A stretch of 53,852 bases of DNA, counting the filler, from Sluysia triapertura (Eukaryota), in assembly GCA_046118255.1 (NCBI GenBank). It is 4 parts of 4 records of this genome, joined end to end, with 100 filler letters (N's around TTAATTAATTAA, not from the genome) between each part and the next. Parts side by side here need not be neighbours in the genome. Positions count along the whole stretch, not along the records: positions 27,328 to 41,421 come from JBJNIA010005997.1; positions 41,522 to 53,852 come from JBJNIA010118751.1; 2 more parts are not named here. The stretch is one strand, 5' to 3'. A program made the position numbers and the translations under genes. The notes under the pieces are model-generated. The model did no database searches. It worked only from the letters and a program-made list of their open reading frames with translations, and had not been told where the DNA came from. This document shows, in pieces, positions 39,732 to 52,765 of this stretch (the first letter of the stretch is position 1; every line of letters starts with the position of its first letter).

Positions 39732-40046
39732 GGTCCAGAATCACGACGATTAATCAAATATTACAATAAAATGGCAACCGTTCTTTTGGAGTTTGAATTA
39801 ATTTATTACAAAAATTGGTATAAAACCGTAGAAAATTTCAAAGCCGGTCTAGGCTCATCGTTACTGGTTCGTAATCCGATTACTGAAAAAGAAAGTCAAA
39901 AGTTTTTGGTGAATTTCGATTCATTGCTCTTGGAATTGATTCAGGAAGCAAAATATATTCGCACTTTAGGTTTAGAAATTCCGGAAATTGCCAGTCGTCT
40001 TATTTACAACGAACATATGATTAAGGACAGTTATAGAGGGTTAGTT
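39732..40046 (+). CDS. dnah5: Axonemal outer-arm dynein heavy chain (DNAH5/DNAH8-like) single exon, DHC_N1 region
   Basis: Acceptor gatttag, then GPESRRLIKYYNKMATVLLEFELIYYKNW...GLGSSLLVRNP...FLVNFDSLLLELIQEAKYIRTLGLEIP, matching DNAH5-type YNRMAKVLLEFE...GLEASLLV...FVNFD. The donor is uncertain (exon end 40039 or 40046). Confidence 0.85.
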
Positions 40047-40149
40047 GTGGATTACTTTTATGATAATAAGAATTTATTACTTTCCGGGGCACCGATATAA
40101 ATACAAAATAAAATTGATCATTTTTCGTGAGACATCGATTTTTTTTGGT

Positions 40150-40590
40150 AATTTAAAGTTTTGGTAATGGGATTTTATGAATTATTAATTTAATATGATG
40201 ACAATTAAAGTGCTTAATATTATGACCTATTTTAGACTTATTTAAGAATGCTTTAAAGTTATTCTTCAAATAACATAGATTTAATAATCCTCGTAAGTAA
40301 ATCACCAAATTTAATTTGAAATAACTCGTTTGATTAACAATTTTTATAGATTTTATATCGTATCTTAAATATATCATTTTTGCTCTAAGGGAATTAATTT
40401 CTCTATAAAAGACATCTTTAAAATTTTTATATATATTACTAGTAATTAAATTTATGAAATAAATTATTAAAATTTTAACACGAAAAAATTTTATATTTGA
40501 CATTAACACATAAATGTTCTCTGTGCTCCTATGTAGACCACTTAGCCCAGCTTTGAAATAAATGTCTAAACAAAACGACAATTTAAATTA
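40150..40590 (-). mobile_element. Possible Penelope-like RT C-terminal relic
   Basis: LHRSTENIYVLMSNI...FYREINSLRAKMIYLRY loosely resembles PLE YRKPT...S...F..EL..L...L...GY. Confidence 0.3.
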
Positions 40591-40692
40591 TGTAAAAGAT
40601 AAATAAAAAATAAATTTACATTATTAGTATACTTTTACATGGTTTATTGCCACAATTCCGAGTATACTAATTATATAATTGCAACAAATCTT

Positions 40693-41419
40693 CAGGATAG
40701 CCTTTTTCTGAATTGTTCAAAGAGAGTCTTCTTGAATGTTGAGTATTGTATAGATTTATAAACAACTCTGAATGTTTTTGAAAAGTGATTGTAAACGTAG
40801 ATTACTCCAAAATTACTCCATATAAAGTTCCAGTTAATGAATTCCCTTCTAAATCATCACAACCCCAAGTTTTTGGACATTCTTTATTAAAAATCAAAAA
40901 TTCGTAACTCCAAGAATCTTCATTACTTTCGAATAGTTTAATAATCTTTAAGATTTGTTTTCGTGTCTGAAGTATTTCTACGCGAACTAAATTAATCTAC
41001 ACACAATAAGATGGCTCATGGTTATCAGACCGTTTAATAAAATCAACCACTTGATGTAAAGCTAAACGAATAAATAGAAAGGTTTGTTCATTATCTTTGA
41101 TTGAAATACGATTATCAGATATTTTAACTGGTTCATGCAATAGCTTCATATTGTAACGCAACGGGTATAATTGTGAATTAATGGTACCAGATCGATTATA
41201 GTAACTAGCCTTTACAACAAATTCACGTGAAGAAATAAGTCCAAATGTATTTGTCAAATTGCGACATTCTAGGTTTTGAATTAATACGAATTTATATCTA
41301 ATATCAATAACTACATCAAATTTTATTCTAAATTTTTCTATAGAATCTCGATTAGAAGTAGAAGACAACATCGAACTAGACTCGCATTTCTCAAATGAAT
41401 TGACTGATTCTTTATTGTA
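40693..41419 (-). pseudogene. Divergent arrestin-C-like reading frame, about 240 codons, two in-frame stops, open to contig end
   Basis: LLHEPVKI..RISIKDNEQTFLFIRLALHQVVDF resembles arrestin [32 protein letters not shown], and LYGVILE resembles LGIIVSY. Stops are TAG at 40997-40999 and TAA near 40802. Confidence 0.4.
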
Positions 41420-41421
41420 AC

Positions 41422-41521
41422 NNNNNNNNNNNNNNNNNNNNNNNNNNNNNNNNNNNNNNNNNNNNTTAATTAATTAANNNNNNNNNNNNNNNNNNNNNNN
41501 NNNNNNNNNNNNNNNNNNNNN
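41422..41521. other. Artificial contig linker
   Basis: 44 N + TTAATTAATTAA + 44 N. Confidence 0.95.

Positions 41522-41587
<66 letters not shown>
41522..41587. repeat. (TAA)n microsatellite at contig start
   Basis: Perfect trinucleotide run. Confidence 0.95.
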
Positions 41588-41590
<3 letters not shown>

Positions 41591-41791
41591 TAAAATATTA
41601 GTTTATATCACATAAATATACTTAGGAACGTCATTCGTCGTTGCATTATTTAAATAGAAAACAATGTTATCTTCATAATCATTCGATGTAGGCACCCTTA
41701 TAGCATTATAAGAACAATTTGAATAATTTCGGTCTAAGGGTTTAGACGGATGTTTGATTGATATTATATTAATGCTAAACAATATGAATTG

Positions 41792-41921
41792 CGAGAATCG
41801 AACCCGGGCCTTTCGCTGCGCAGTTCGATGCTATACCACTGATCTATCAGTCCCGTCTAACAATTTTTAGATTACTACAATCCACTACACTACATGGCAC
41901 TTTAGACCTGTATCCCCAACA
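41792..41921 (-). repeat. tRNA-derived interspersed repeat, copy 2
   Basis: Minus strand reads GGACTGATAGATCAGTGGTATAGCATCGAACTGCGCAGCGAAAGGCCCGGGTTCGATTCTCG. It shares the flank CTACATGGCACTTTAG...CCCCAACA with copy 1. Confidence 0.8.
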
Positions 41922-42499
41922 CATTTATGTTATGTTATATAAAAGTGCAATATTTATTTTCGATTTTCTCAAATATAGTTTAATTATAATTATTAACATT
42001 ATTGATTTTAATGTTTGGTGACCGAAAAAGTGTAAAATGTGAAAATATATTACAAAATATTGAAAAGTGTACAGGCAAATAAAATAAAACAATAAGTAAT
42101 AAGTGAATAAAACCAATTAAATATTACGATGATTCCTGATATAACAGTAATGTTGTAGGGAATTCACATCCAAATCACAAGCACACTTCATCACATAAAA
42201 ACATTTCTTATATACACAGAACATTGACTCATTCAAAAAACAAACCTAATCATTTACAGAATTATCATGAAGTATAGTTATTGTTATTATAAATCCAATC
42301 GTATTAAAATAAATAATAATTATTATCATTATTGTTATATAATATGATTATCATATAATAACTTTTATATTAACATCACAACATCATTGTTTTAAACTAT
42401 ATAATAATTACGTTATTGTTATCATTATTATTTCTTTTATCTTTACCTTAAACCGTTCTTCCTTATTTTCTTTTGTTTGTCTGAATTTATATATATTTA

Positions 42500-44330
42500 T
42501 GATGTGTGAATCTGCTCAGTTTACTTCCGCGCTAAATTCGACATTCTTGGTACAGTTTTATAAATTTTCAAAGAACAAGAGTTGAACATGTTTGTAGAAT
42601 ATTAAAATTAACATCATTAGTTTATTTATGGCAACGAGATCAGAACAAATTATTAGATACGATGGTTAAATGTGGCATAAATACAATAACGTCTAACATA
42701 TTAAACAATTATCTAAAAAGTATGAATTAAATGGATTAATCATTTGCACTGATGTAATATTGTTGTGTTTGACACAAAACTTTTGGCCAAAGAAAGAAAG
42801 TGATCCTTCAAAATAGCTTACAATGATCCAATGAAAGAAGTACAATTGATAATTGACCAATCAAGATTTTATCAGAATTATTATTCAAAATATATATCGA
42901 AAGAACTTTATGAAATAATTTACCGGCTTCTTATTCGACAACCACGAAGTCGACTTCAGTTTGAACTGCAAACATTTAAAATTTTTATCCAAGAAGTCGA
43001 TTGTAAACGTTTATCTTGCAAACAAAATCCGTCTCCTCATTTTCGACCTAAAAATAATAAAATTAAAATATAATTAATTTTCTGTAAACAACTCCAATAT
43101 GCTATATTAGTAATCTAAACGTGTGTATAAGTGACGTATAACTATTAGCAACGTGCAAATCAGTTAAAACCACTAGATTTTTCTGTAGATTTAAAAACAA
43201 AAACGTTTAAATACTTCAATAAATGGTAGAATGAGGAGCTGATCCATCATTAATCATTAGTTTAGCTCATGAATTACAATTACGAATTGGTTTACAACCC
43301 ATTGTTAAAGTAGATCATCAATTTAAAAAGCTTCATGACTTAATTTAACACTATTTCTACCATGTTGTTTTGTGTATATCTATTTTTACCAAAATTGTAT
43401 ATTTAGATCTAGTATTGATATCACTAAATAAATTTAACAAACAAAGATTTCGGTATAAACAGTGTCATTCGTGATTGTAAAGAATGTTAGAAGTGGAAAT
43501 TTAATAAAAATAGCACGATCAAACGATACATTAATTCGTCACAAACAAATGGAGTTATGTGATTATAAAAACTATGCTAACGAAACAGCTTAATCTTAAT
43601 CACAGTATTTCTTCTGAATCCGTACATATCGCACTTTACCATTCGTTATTCTAATTAAATTATATATCTATGTAATTTAATAAATGAAATAATGACGAAT
43701 AAGCTCCATTATGACTTATTTGTAAACAATTCCGAACTAAACTGTGAATATCACGTAAATGATTGCGATATGCAAGTGATCTTCCACGACATACATCAAT
43801 TTCTTTACCAGAAACTATAATAAATGATAAAGACATAACAAATTAATAAAATAAAAGTATTATTAATCAATAATCCTGTATTGATAATCCAGATAAAAAC
43901 GGATATTTTAATAAACGATTTTATAACGTTATGAAATGGGCAGTATTAAATCTGAATTACAAACTGGTAAAACTGAAAAGCATTTTATTAGATGCCTTGT
44001 TCAAACAACAGAAATTATTGCTTCAGATGTAGAAATTATAAACGTTAGTGTGCCACCTAGTACGTTATTAAATAAATCATTTGATTCAGTTATTAATATT
44101 TCTTTATCAAACACCGATGTTAACAATATCAATACCACAAACACTGCATGGCCTTCGGAATCATGCTTAGTTCAAAATATTAATACAGAAACCAAGCCTA
44201 ACATACGACAGTTAAATAGTGAAGTTGAATTATTGGATAACAGTTTAGAATTTAATCGTTCAGGCGGTTTGAAATACCTGATTTACGAGATAAATTTAGT
44301 GCTTTAGATGAAAGTTTGACCGAAGTAACT
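42500..44330 (+). mobile_element. Heavily deleted Gypsy (Mag-clade-like) LTR retrotransposon relic
   Basis: ...TAACA is followed by PBS-like TGGCAACGAG (42629-42638; Mag PBS is TGGCGACGAG). Integrase fragments occur in order: GINSVIRDCKEC*KWK (Zn finger CxxCQxxK), SQTNG, KTML, AP..L..KQFRTKL, then low-complexity tail ORF 43936-44307. Confidence 0.5.
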
Positions 44331-46599
44331 AAAGCTGTTTAATTAAATCAAAATTTTCATTTTCGAATAATAGTTGTGATACAAATTTATCGCATGATTA
44401 CATTTTTCGAAAAGCAATAAAATTATGCAAAAAAACAGTCCTTCAATTTCTAACACTATTTATTTTAAATCAGAAATTATTAATGGTAATCAAGTTTTAC
44501 ACTTTACACTTATCACAGCTATATATACTTAATAATACTTTCTTCTTGATAAAATAAAATTGAATCTTGTTTACTTACTTTTAAAAGGCCTATTTTGTTA
44601 ATCATTTGTATGTTTTGTTTAAATTGTTCCATATTAATTGAAAATTTAATGTTTTATATAACTTTTAAAATTAAAAACGAAAAAGCACTTTCCACAAATA
44701 TATTAAATTACCAGGAAACACAGTAATCATCGTTAATTAAAAAAAACTACATATTTAATGCAATATAATCAACAAAAATTCAATAAATCACACCGTGGAT
44801 TTTACTCGTAGATTACGATAAATCATTATAAATTATTATTGCACAAATTTGTTATAAAATTGAAAGTTTATTAATAGTTATTGTATATTTCCAACTCTTT
44901 CTAGTATGATTTGTCAAGTTTAAGTTTAGTGAGTCTTTTGTAGTTTTAAAAAAGTATACGAAAAATTTGTTAACTCCTTGATTAAGTGGTCGTGCTTATG
45001 TTTAATTGGTCTTTGTAATGGAATCTGGGTTTTATCGAAAAATATTTGTTTGTTATTTTGTATTTTAAAAACGGAAGTAATATGTATCAAACATTTTTTA
45101 TTACTAGCAAATTAGGAGAATGAAATTCCCTTTTAATAAATATAAGGTATAACGAGTAAGATTTATGTACAAGACAACAAATGGATAAAAAGGCATATCA
45201 CATAGATATCTTCTACGAACGGTTATTGTATATGTTGCATTGGTTTTCTCTACTTAAAATCAATTATTACTTTATTCAAATACTTATTACTTAAGGTTCG
45301 CCTATGTTCCACGATTTAAGCTTAATGCGACGTGTTCGTAGGTTTTTTGTAAACTTATTTCCTTGCTTCGAGGGTCTGAATATAAGCTAATTCTTAGTTA
45401 TTTTAATTGTACTCTTAAAAAATTCCGCTATAATATCTTTATTACTTTGTCATGCCGAATAATATTTTATCCTAAAAACATTTAAATTAATTCAATTAAA
45501 TTTTTATTTCTTAGTATATTTCCTTCGAGATTAAACTGCTTATCAAATGCACATGAATTTATCGCCTTTTTCAGTTAAATAAATCTACATATTTAGTCAA
45601 ACTGATTATCTTTAATGCTTTTATTCCTCTAAAAATCGTCTATAATAGTTTATTTTATTATGGATACCTTTGTAATAATTTATCCACAAAACTTTCAAGA
45701 ATTCTTATTCTTTACAATCTTCTTTTATTAGGCTTATTTTATAACTGAAATTCTGATCTGCTTTATAGATGAGCTTTTTTTTACATCTTTTAATTGTATC
45801 TCGCACATATCTTTATTTTAACAATAAATTACACTATTTTTATTCTATCGAACTCTTTGATTTTACTGATAATAAAAAACTAAATATAACACGTGATGAA
45901 ACTAAAAGTGCTTTATACACAATCGACAACAATTAAATTCGAAATTATAATAATACAAAATAATAATATTGTTTCTAGAAGAAAATCTCTGGAAAAGATG
46001 ATAACGTTTAGAAAAATTTTGTATCTTATTAAAACTAGCTGTTCATGTTAACTGATTTTAAGTAGGAGTTTATTTTACAGTAACATAAATAAAACTTACA
46101 AACTTTTTCTTTTAAATCGTGTAGTTGAAAATGGATTGTTGAAAAATTAGATAGACATGTTGTCCAATTATTCCTGCAGCAGGAGTAGGTTAATTATTGG
46201 GTGATTACGAACTAAACAGCAAAAATCTCTGCTCGAACGTCTCCAATAAAGATAATAATGATAAAAAATCTCCAACAATGTTAATACCTCCTTGATTAAA
46301 GATTTTTTAATTCAAATGAAAAATTTGACGTAAACTCTTGTACCGAGTAAAAGATATATAAAAACAACTTAAATCACTTGTGTATAGCTTTGTGAAGGTT
46401 ATGCCTTTTACATGGTTTCACTATTTTAACACTCATTAATTTTCAATTAATTAATATAATTTTGAATTATCAATATAATAAATAATTCAATATCAGTATA
46501 ACAGAATAACAGCAGGATATCAAACTTATATTTATTTATTAGATAAAATGAGTGACAATTAGTTTCGTTATTATTAATTTTGCTGTTTTATATTTTCAG

Positions 46600-48250
46600 A
46601 TTGGTGATGTTTTAACAACTAATATCCTGCTCTGACAACTTGGTTTTATCATGAATTGCCACTCCAAGAACTTCACCATATTTGCTACTCCCTTTGTCTG
46701 GACGCTTTATTGTACTAAGGCAGTAATCATAATCATCTTTATGGGTTACGTAAATGACTTTATTATCAGGATTGTATTCAAACGTTTGTTTGGTCACAAA
46801 AATTCAACATTTTGTTTAGTTTATAGCTTTTTAGCTTTCTGTCCGTTATCTTAAAACTATCTTTTTGATTAACTAGAAGCCACCTTTTTTCTACTTTTAT
46901 TGGTTTATCTCCATATTCGTATTTAGCTTGAGCCAATTAAATTATGACACACATTTCCCAATTTAGACTGCTTCAATGTTACTAAAATTTATCATATGAT
47001 GCAATAATTAACAGTTGAATCTACTTGAAACTGGAAATATGAAAGCACATTCTTATCAAGTGTCCACTTTTTGTAATATTCATCTTGTGACGAACATTTT
47101 GCTTTAACAAAAACTAATGGAATAATCGTATGAATGTTTTTTCACATTTTTGATAAAAATAGTTTGATTTAATTATTTAAATCTACATTTAGAAAAGAAA
47201 ATTCACATTAAATTTCATATTTACTACATTTTTTATCTAGACTTTGCATTATTTGTTGAATCTGTTTGATTAATTTATTCTTTTCCTCACGTACACAATC
47301 ACACTTATTCAAATATTGTTCTAATTTATTTAATTCTGATTCATTTTCATCTTTTGATAAATCTAAATTTAATCCAAAAATATTATTTCATCACTAATTG
47401 GCAGTTGATCTTTAATGGATTTGATTGCATTTATTACACACGAAATCCAATTTATTTATCTTATTTGGCATCTCTGTGAATGTTAGCCAGATAAGTAGAG
47501 GCATTAAAAATAATATTGATTTGTTTTAGACACACTGTCTTTGTTGATAGTTAATAATAACCAATGAAACACAGTTACCATTTTTAAGGTTACAAGAATG
47601 ATTCAGCATACTTGGATACAAAACATTAACGAAATAATGACTGTCATAGTGTGGCACTTTTAATTCTGAAATAGGTTGAGCATTACACGAAATTACACAT
47701 TTTAATTACATGATTTTCGTTTTCTGAGTTATACAATTGATTTGAAATAATGATCTAGGAACAAAACTCTTCCGAAAACCGGTTTGACATTAAATATAGA
47801 TATAAAAAATTAACAACATTCTTGGACTTTCATTAAATGAATAATCAATATTCTGGAAATTATTAGATTGCGATAGCATATTTTGAGATATAATGTAAAA
47901 TATATTTTATTAAGCCATATCCAATTTAAGACATAAAAACCTCAAGCTTATAAGACACATTTAGAATTATACTTTTTATAATGTCGTGGGTATTCAACAC
48001 TTGAAAAATATACTTAGGTGTCCCACCAATATTTAACTTTATTTAACGTCGTGGAATTCTTAAAGACATCGGAATAAAATGAAAATTTTACATCAATAAA
48101 ATGACAAGTCATTTTTGGCTATTGGAAAAATACTTTGTTTAATTGCTATGTTTACATAAAACATCTTTTATCTAATAATTTAAACCTTGACACTATTATC
48201 CAAAGTCTTCTGTGTAATGATAGGTAATCATCTAAAATTTCTGGATATAA
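46600..48250 (-). mobile_element. Decayed coding region, possibly Polinton/Maverick or virus-like
   Basis: Coding-like minus-strand fragments. HFIDVK..FIPMSL and HYFVNVLYPSML loosely resemble pPolB FIDS.NF.PMSL and D.NSLYP, but motifs B and C were not found. Confidence 0.25.
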
Positions 48251-49269
48251 TTTTAGTTAAATAAAAGAATATTATTGTAAGTTTTTATAATAAAAATTCC
48301 AAAAAGCTTCATTTTATGTGGTCTATTAAAGATAAAAGGGGGTAAGGAAAACATTAATATATATAAAGCTTGACTTTTAAGTTATATCCGTAATCGAATT
48401 TATGTTATGTAAATAATTTTGTAAATAATAATTCAGATGAAAACGTTTTGTAATATATTTTCTACTAAATGATCCATTGGGTCAGTCATTAACGAACAAA
48501 AAAAAATAAAAAGTTATTTATATTTCAAAGATAATCAATTTCAAAATTTGCAATTTTTAAAAATAATTTGTGTTTTTTGTTTGAGAATTGAATAAAAAAG
48601 ACAGATTTATTTTGAAATTTTTAGTAAAAGACTAAAATATTTTCTTTTCATCAGTTTTCTAAATAAATTATCATTTTTTGTATTTTGCTGCTTCATTTTG
48701 TAAAAGAATGTTTAAAATAAAAATCATTTTTAGAGACAAAAGTATCATTACTTTAAAAATAGGTATTAAATATTTGAATATGAGTTTTATTTATAAATTA
48801 AATTTCTTATATTAAATAATAGCAATAAAAATACAAAATAATAATATCTTTAAATTGAGACAAAACATTCAAATATTATTTAGTAACAAAGCATTATAGT
48901 AAATTTTAATAGTTTTATAATATGATAGTTATTCTGGTTAAATTAAAAATTATTTCTTATTTGAATTTTGTAATTATTGATCACAAATACAAAACCTCTC
49001 ATTTTTAGCTATGCTTTTGTAACTATTATAAAACAATATACAAATTAATCGAGTCAAATATAAATTAAATAAATACATACTAATATAATTAAATAAATTA
49101 AAAAAGTTAATTTTTCTTTGAAGTTGTTTTTATTTCTAGAAAGGCAGAGTTTTATTTTTACACAGGTAATATTTAAACATATTTTATTCGCTTATCTTAC
49201 ATAATTTTAAATTAAGATTTATACTTTAAAAAATAAAATAAATTATTGATTCTTGTCATTCATCCAACA

Positions 49270-49480
49270 AAAATATTGAGGCTAGAGAAATTAAAAGTTA
49301 TGCTCGAAAACTTTCTTGGTAATTTACGACTTCAACTTACTAAATAATCATAAGCTAATTCATGGAGTTCTAAAGCTTTTGGGATGCAGAATGACTTTGA
49401 TATAGGCACTATTGGAATAAAAAGGCTTTCAATAACTATTGCGTGGAAATTGTAAATAGATGATTACAAAAGAGACAAGC
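49270..49480 (+). mobile_element. Chapaev3-like (CMC) transposase C-terminal relic
   Basis: KVMLENFLGN...KLLGCRMTL [deletion] YWNKKAFNNYC matches the family pattern FLGN...LGCxMSLK...GxWxxxMxxDYC. Confidence 0.55.
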
Positions 49481-50340
49481 AATAAATATTATTGACTTTT
49501 GATGAAGTTTTATTGTAGATAATGAATAAAGAATAACAACAACAAAAAACCACACTGTGATATGAACTCTACACATTTAAGGGCTCGTCCACAGGATTTA
49601 AAAGTAAACTAGTTAAGTGAAGTCGAATACTTAAGCGTAGTAATCTTATAACCTTATAAATAGTGTACTTCTCGGATTCAAGTAAAATAAAACACTCGAA
49701 ATAATCTTATAAACTTTTTAATTGTTGTGTAGTTTGATATGTGAATTCTGGTTGATTTTTTTATTAGATTGTTAGGATTACTTTTCCAGCTTCAACTAGA
49801 TTAATTTTAAATATTATATTTGAGTTCTTTTTTAAACTAGAGAGAAAAATGAGATTTTATTATCGTATTTAAACCGACATACAATCACAATATAGATAGA
49901 TTTTATGAAATTAAAACTGTAGAATTTACACTCGGTTTAACTTTTGGGGGTTTGACTAAAATCGACTATCGCCATATATAAAATAAATATGTATATTATA
50001 AACTTAGTACAGAAACGGTAGTTCAAACAATTATATGCTAATAGTAGAGAACTCCAGATCAACTCATGACAATCACAAACAAATACCAACACAAATCAAT
50101 ACTTCTTACATAAACAAATTATTCAAAACATAAACGGAGTCGCAACAATTTATAACTATTATCGTTGTTACAATTTTTTCAATGTATGAATGTTTATCTT
50201 TATACGTGTATATGTTTTATTATTCTTCGCATTTATCACTATTATTATTGTTATTATTTCTGCTACTTCTATTTCATTATATTGTTCAAAATTATTTAAA
50301 ATAAATCATTAATTATGTCTCTGAAACCTTGCAAATTCAA

Positions 50341-50525
50341 ACTTTTACGGAAATGATGCGTGCCTTAGGTTATGCAAGATTAATTAGTATGAAAAATTGT
50401 AGAACACCTAATTGCTGAAATTTTGAAATGGCTTGCAACTAGATATGATCAAAATGCAGATATATCACAAAATACTGATACTGAACAAATGAGTGTAATT
50501 TTTTATTAAAATGATTGCACATTTT
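50341..50525 (+). pseudogene. cluap1: CLUAP1/IFT38 N-terminal exon fragment, frameshifted
   Basis: Reads FTEMMRALGYARLISMKNCRTPN / AEILKWLATRYDQNADISQNTDTEQMSVIF / IKMIAHF, versus CLUAP1 NFTEMMRALGYPRxISMENFRTPNF..V.E.L.WL..RY......DTEQDRVFFIK.IA.F. Two frameshifts. Confidence 0.88.
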
Positions 50526-52637
50526 AATACATCTAATTATTTTGTATTATCATGACGTTTTTATTTTATATTAATGGCAAAAAGACAAAAAATAACATTA
50601 ATTTTACAGTCAATAGACAGTAACAACGTTATCAATATGCTGAAAGTTCGAATCAATTTATTAATTGAAGAATACGAAATTCAAAAGATAGTCATAAATC
50701 AATTTTTAGTACATAACAATAATAAATTACTTTTCGATACAATTGCAGTTCATGAAATAAATAATAACTTGATCAAGTACTTAGGTAACACTTGTCTGTT
50801 ACTAAGTCAATGCAAAGAAGATTTGTTTTCAACATTTTCAAGATTTTTTTTCCTTTTAATAACTGCAGTTTCAAAATGAAATCACATAATGACATCGTAT
50901 TATTACGTGCTCCAAGAAAGAATAAAAAACTAGAATTTATTCATTAATTATTATATATTTATTTGTATAATTCCGTAAAAATTAAAAAATTAATACAATT
51001 GATTTTTTATGTACAAATGTTATGAACTATTTTGTTAAGTTTATAAAATTGTATGTATTTATAATTTGGAATAGTCAATTCGTTGTTATATGTAGAAATC
51101 TAAATTTTAGACATTATTTAACAAAATCATAGTCATCATGGATATTGTAGTATTTTTCAAATACTTACAAACAGTCAGTATTTAATTTATACTTTCGTGA
51201 TTGTGAAACTCAATTATTGTTAAACTATCATTCAGTTAAGATTGGTACCACTAAATTACACAATAACTGTACAATTAGTATATGACATTGATGATAAAGA
51301 AACGTATAAGTGATTGTCGTTGTTCATATGATATATAAATGAAGTTATCATTAAAAATATTATTAATGATACAAAAATATTGTTAATATTAATTAGACAT
51401 AATAAAAAATGAATATGCGATCACAACTTTTTAGCTATGTGTTTGTGCCTTACTACAGTATTATTAGATAAATATATCGCTTGTAAAATATACGGTAATT
51501 ATCGTACAGATAAAATTTATTTTCAAACTAATTTAATGGTGAAAGCGCCAATAATAAAATTGAAGTCGTTGCAATTTGTTACTGGTTTGGCATATTCATG
51601 TATGTTTGTATTTATAAGTTTATTGAATTTCATGTAAGATTTATTTACTTGATATCTAAATTTTGTGTTATTTAAAGTTCTAGTGATAATAATGATAACA
51701 GTACCAGAAATTTTGCTGATTATATCCTTTACTACGTCAGAATGGCGGAATGTTTTTTATGTAGGGCAATTATCTCATACTCATTAAAATATTATGTCAT
51801 GCTTGGATACGTTAAGCGATATATTTTGCACGAATTATACTATAAAAAATTTACAATCTAATTTTTAATTTTACATCAAATACAATAAATTATTTACATA
51901 CCAGAGTCGATCAATTATTTAGAATATACGCTTTATTGACATGTCTTCTGTATATAAAGGTATTTTATTCATTAGTTGACGTTATTTTATTGTTAAATAT
52001 AAAATTATTCGTTATCTTTTTAATTACATTCAAATTACTTTTTACATTTTTTGTTAAAGGCATTAAGCCTAAATTAAACGTTATGAAGGTAGTTTATAAG
52101 TTTCTTTATGTTGTTAAAAAGTTGTAGGTAACATTTTTTACATATTAAATAATGAATTTTATAACAATAACTATAATTAATACAAAGCCTTAATATTGAG
52201 CCAAGTCAAATTTTAACTAATTCTTAATGTTGAATTTTTTATAGTTAAAATGATGAAAAAAATATTGAATTGAATGAGATGATTGCTCTGAAAAGGAGAA
52301 ACTAGAGGTAAGTTTGAAATGTACGCAGAGTAGTTTGTTTGAGATTAAGATCCTTAAAATGCTTCATTAGCAAATTGGGTATGAAAAACTGAAAATTAAA
52401 TAAATTCTAAAAACCAAAATTAAATTAAAATCATCATTTTTATGTATGTTAACATGTTGGTTTTTGTTACTTTAATGTGAGAGCAATTTAAGTAAAAATA
52501 TATCGAATAAAGTAAAGGAAAATAATGATTCATCATTAATCAATTTTTTGTGTTTTGTATCATGTAACTGTTGTTATTGCTATTATTGTCGATTTAATTC
52601 TCAAAGAATGTTTGCGTGAAAAAATGTTTGATTGTAG

Positions 52638-52765
52638 ACTTCAAAGTGATTGGATAATGAAAAAGTATAAGATGGAATGCTTGGAAATTTTGCAACACAA
52701 CAATAATAATGGTAATGATAATGACAATAATTCAAGAAATGATTCAGTACCAGTTCGACTTCGTG
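52638..52765 (+). CDS. Isolated exon, possibly hnRNP F/H-GRSF1-type qRRM linker
   Basis: tgtag|A CTT... reads LQSDWIMKK...NDSVPVRLR(G)|gtaaca, compared with hnRNP H EMDWVLKH...NDGFVRLRGLP. Confidence 0.45.

Noticed and set aside
52244-52313. Putative exon ending in GAG|GTAAGT
   Set aside because: All three frames between acceptor and donor contain stops.
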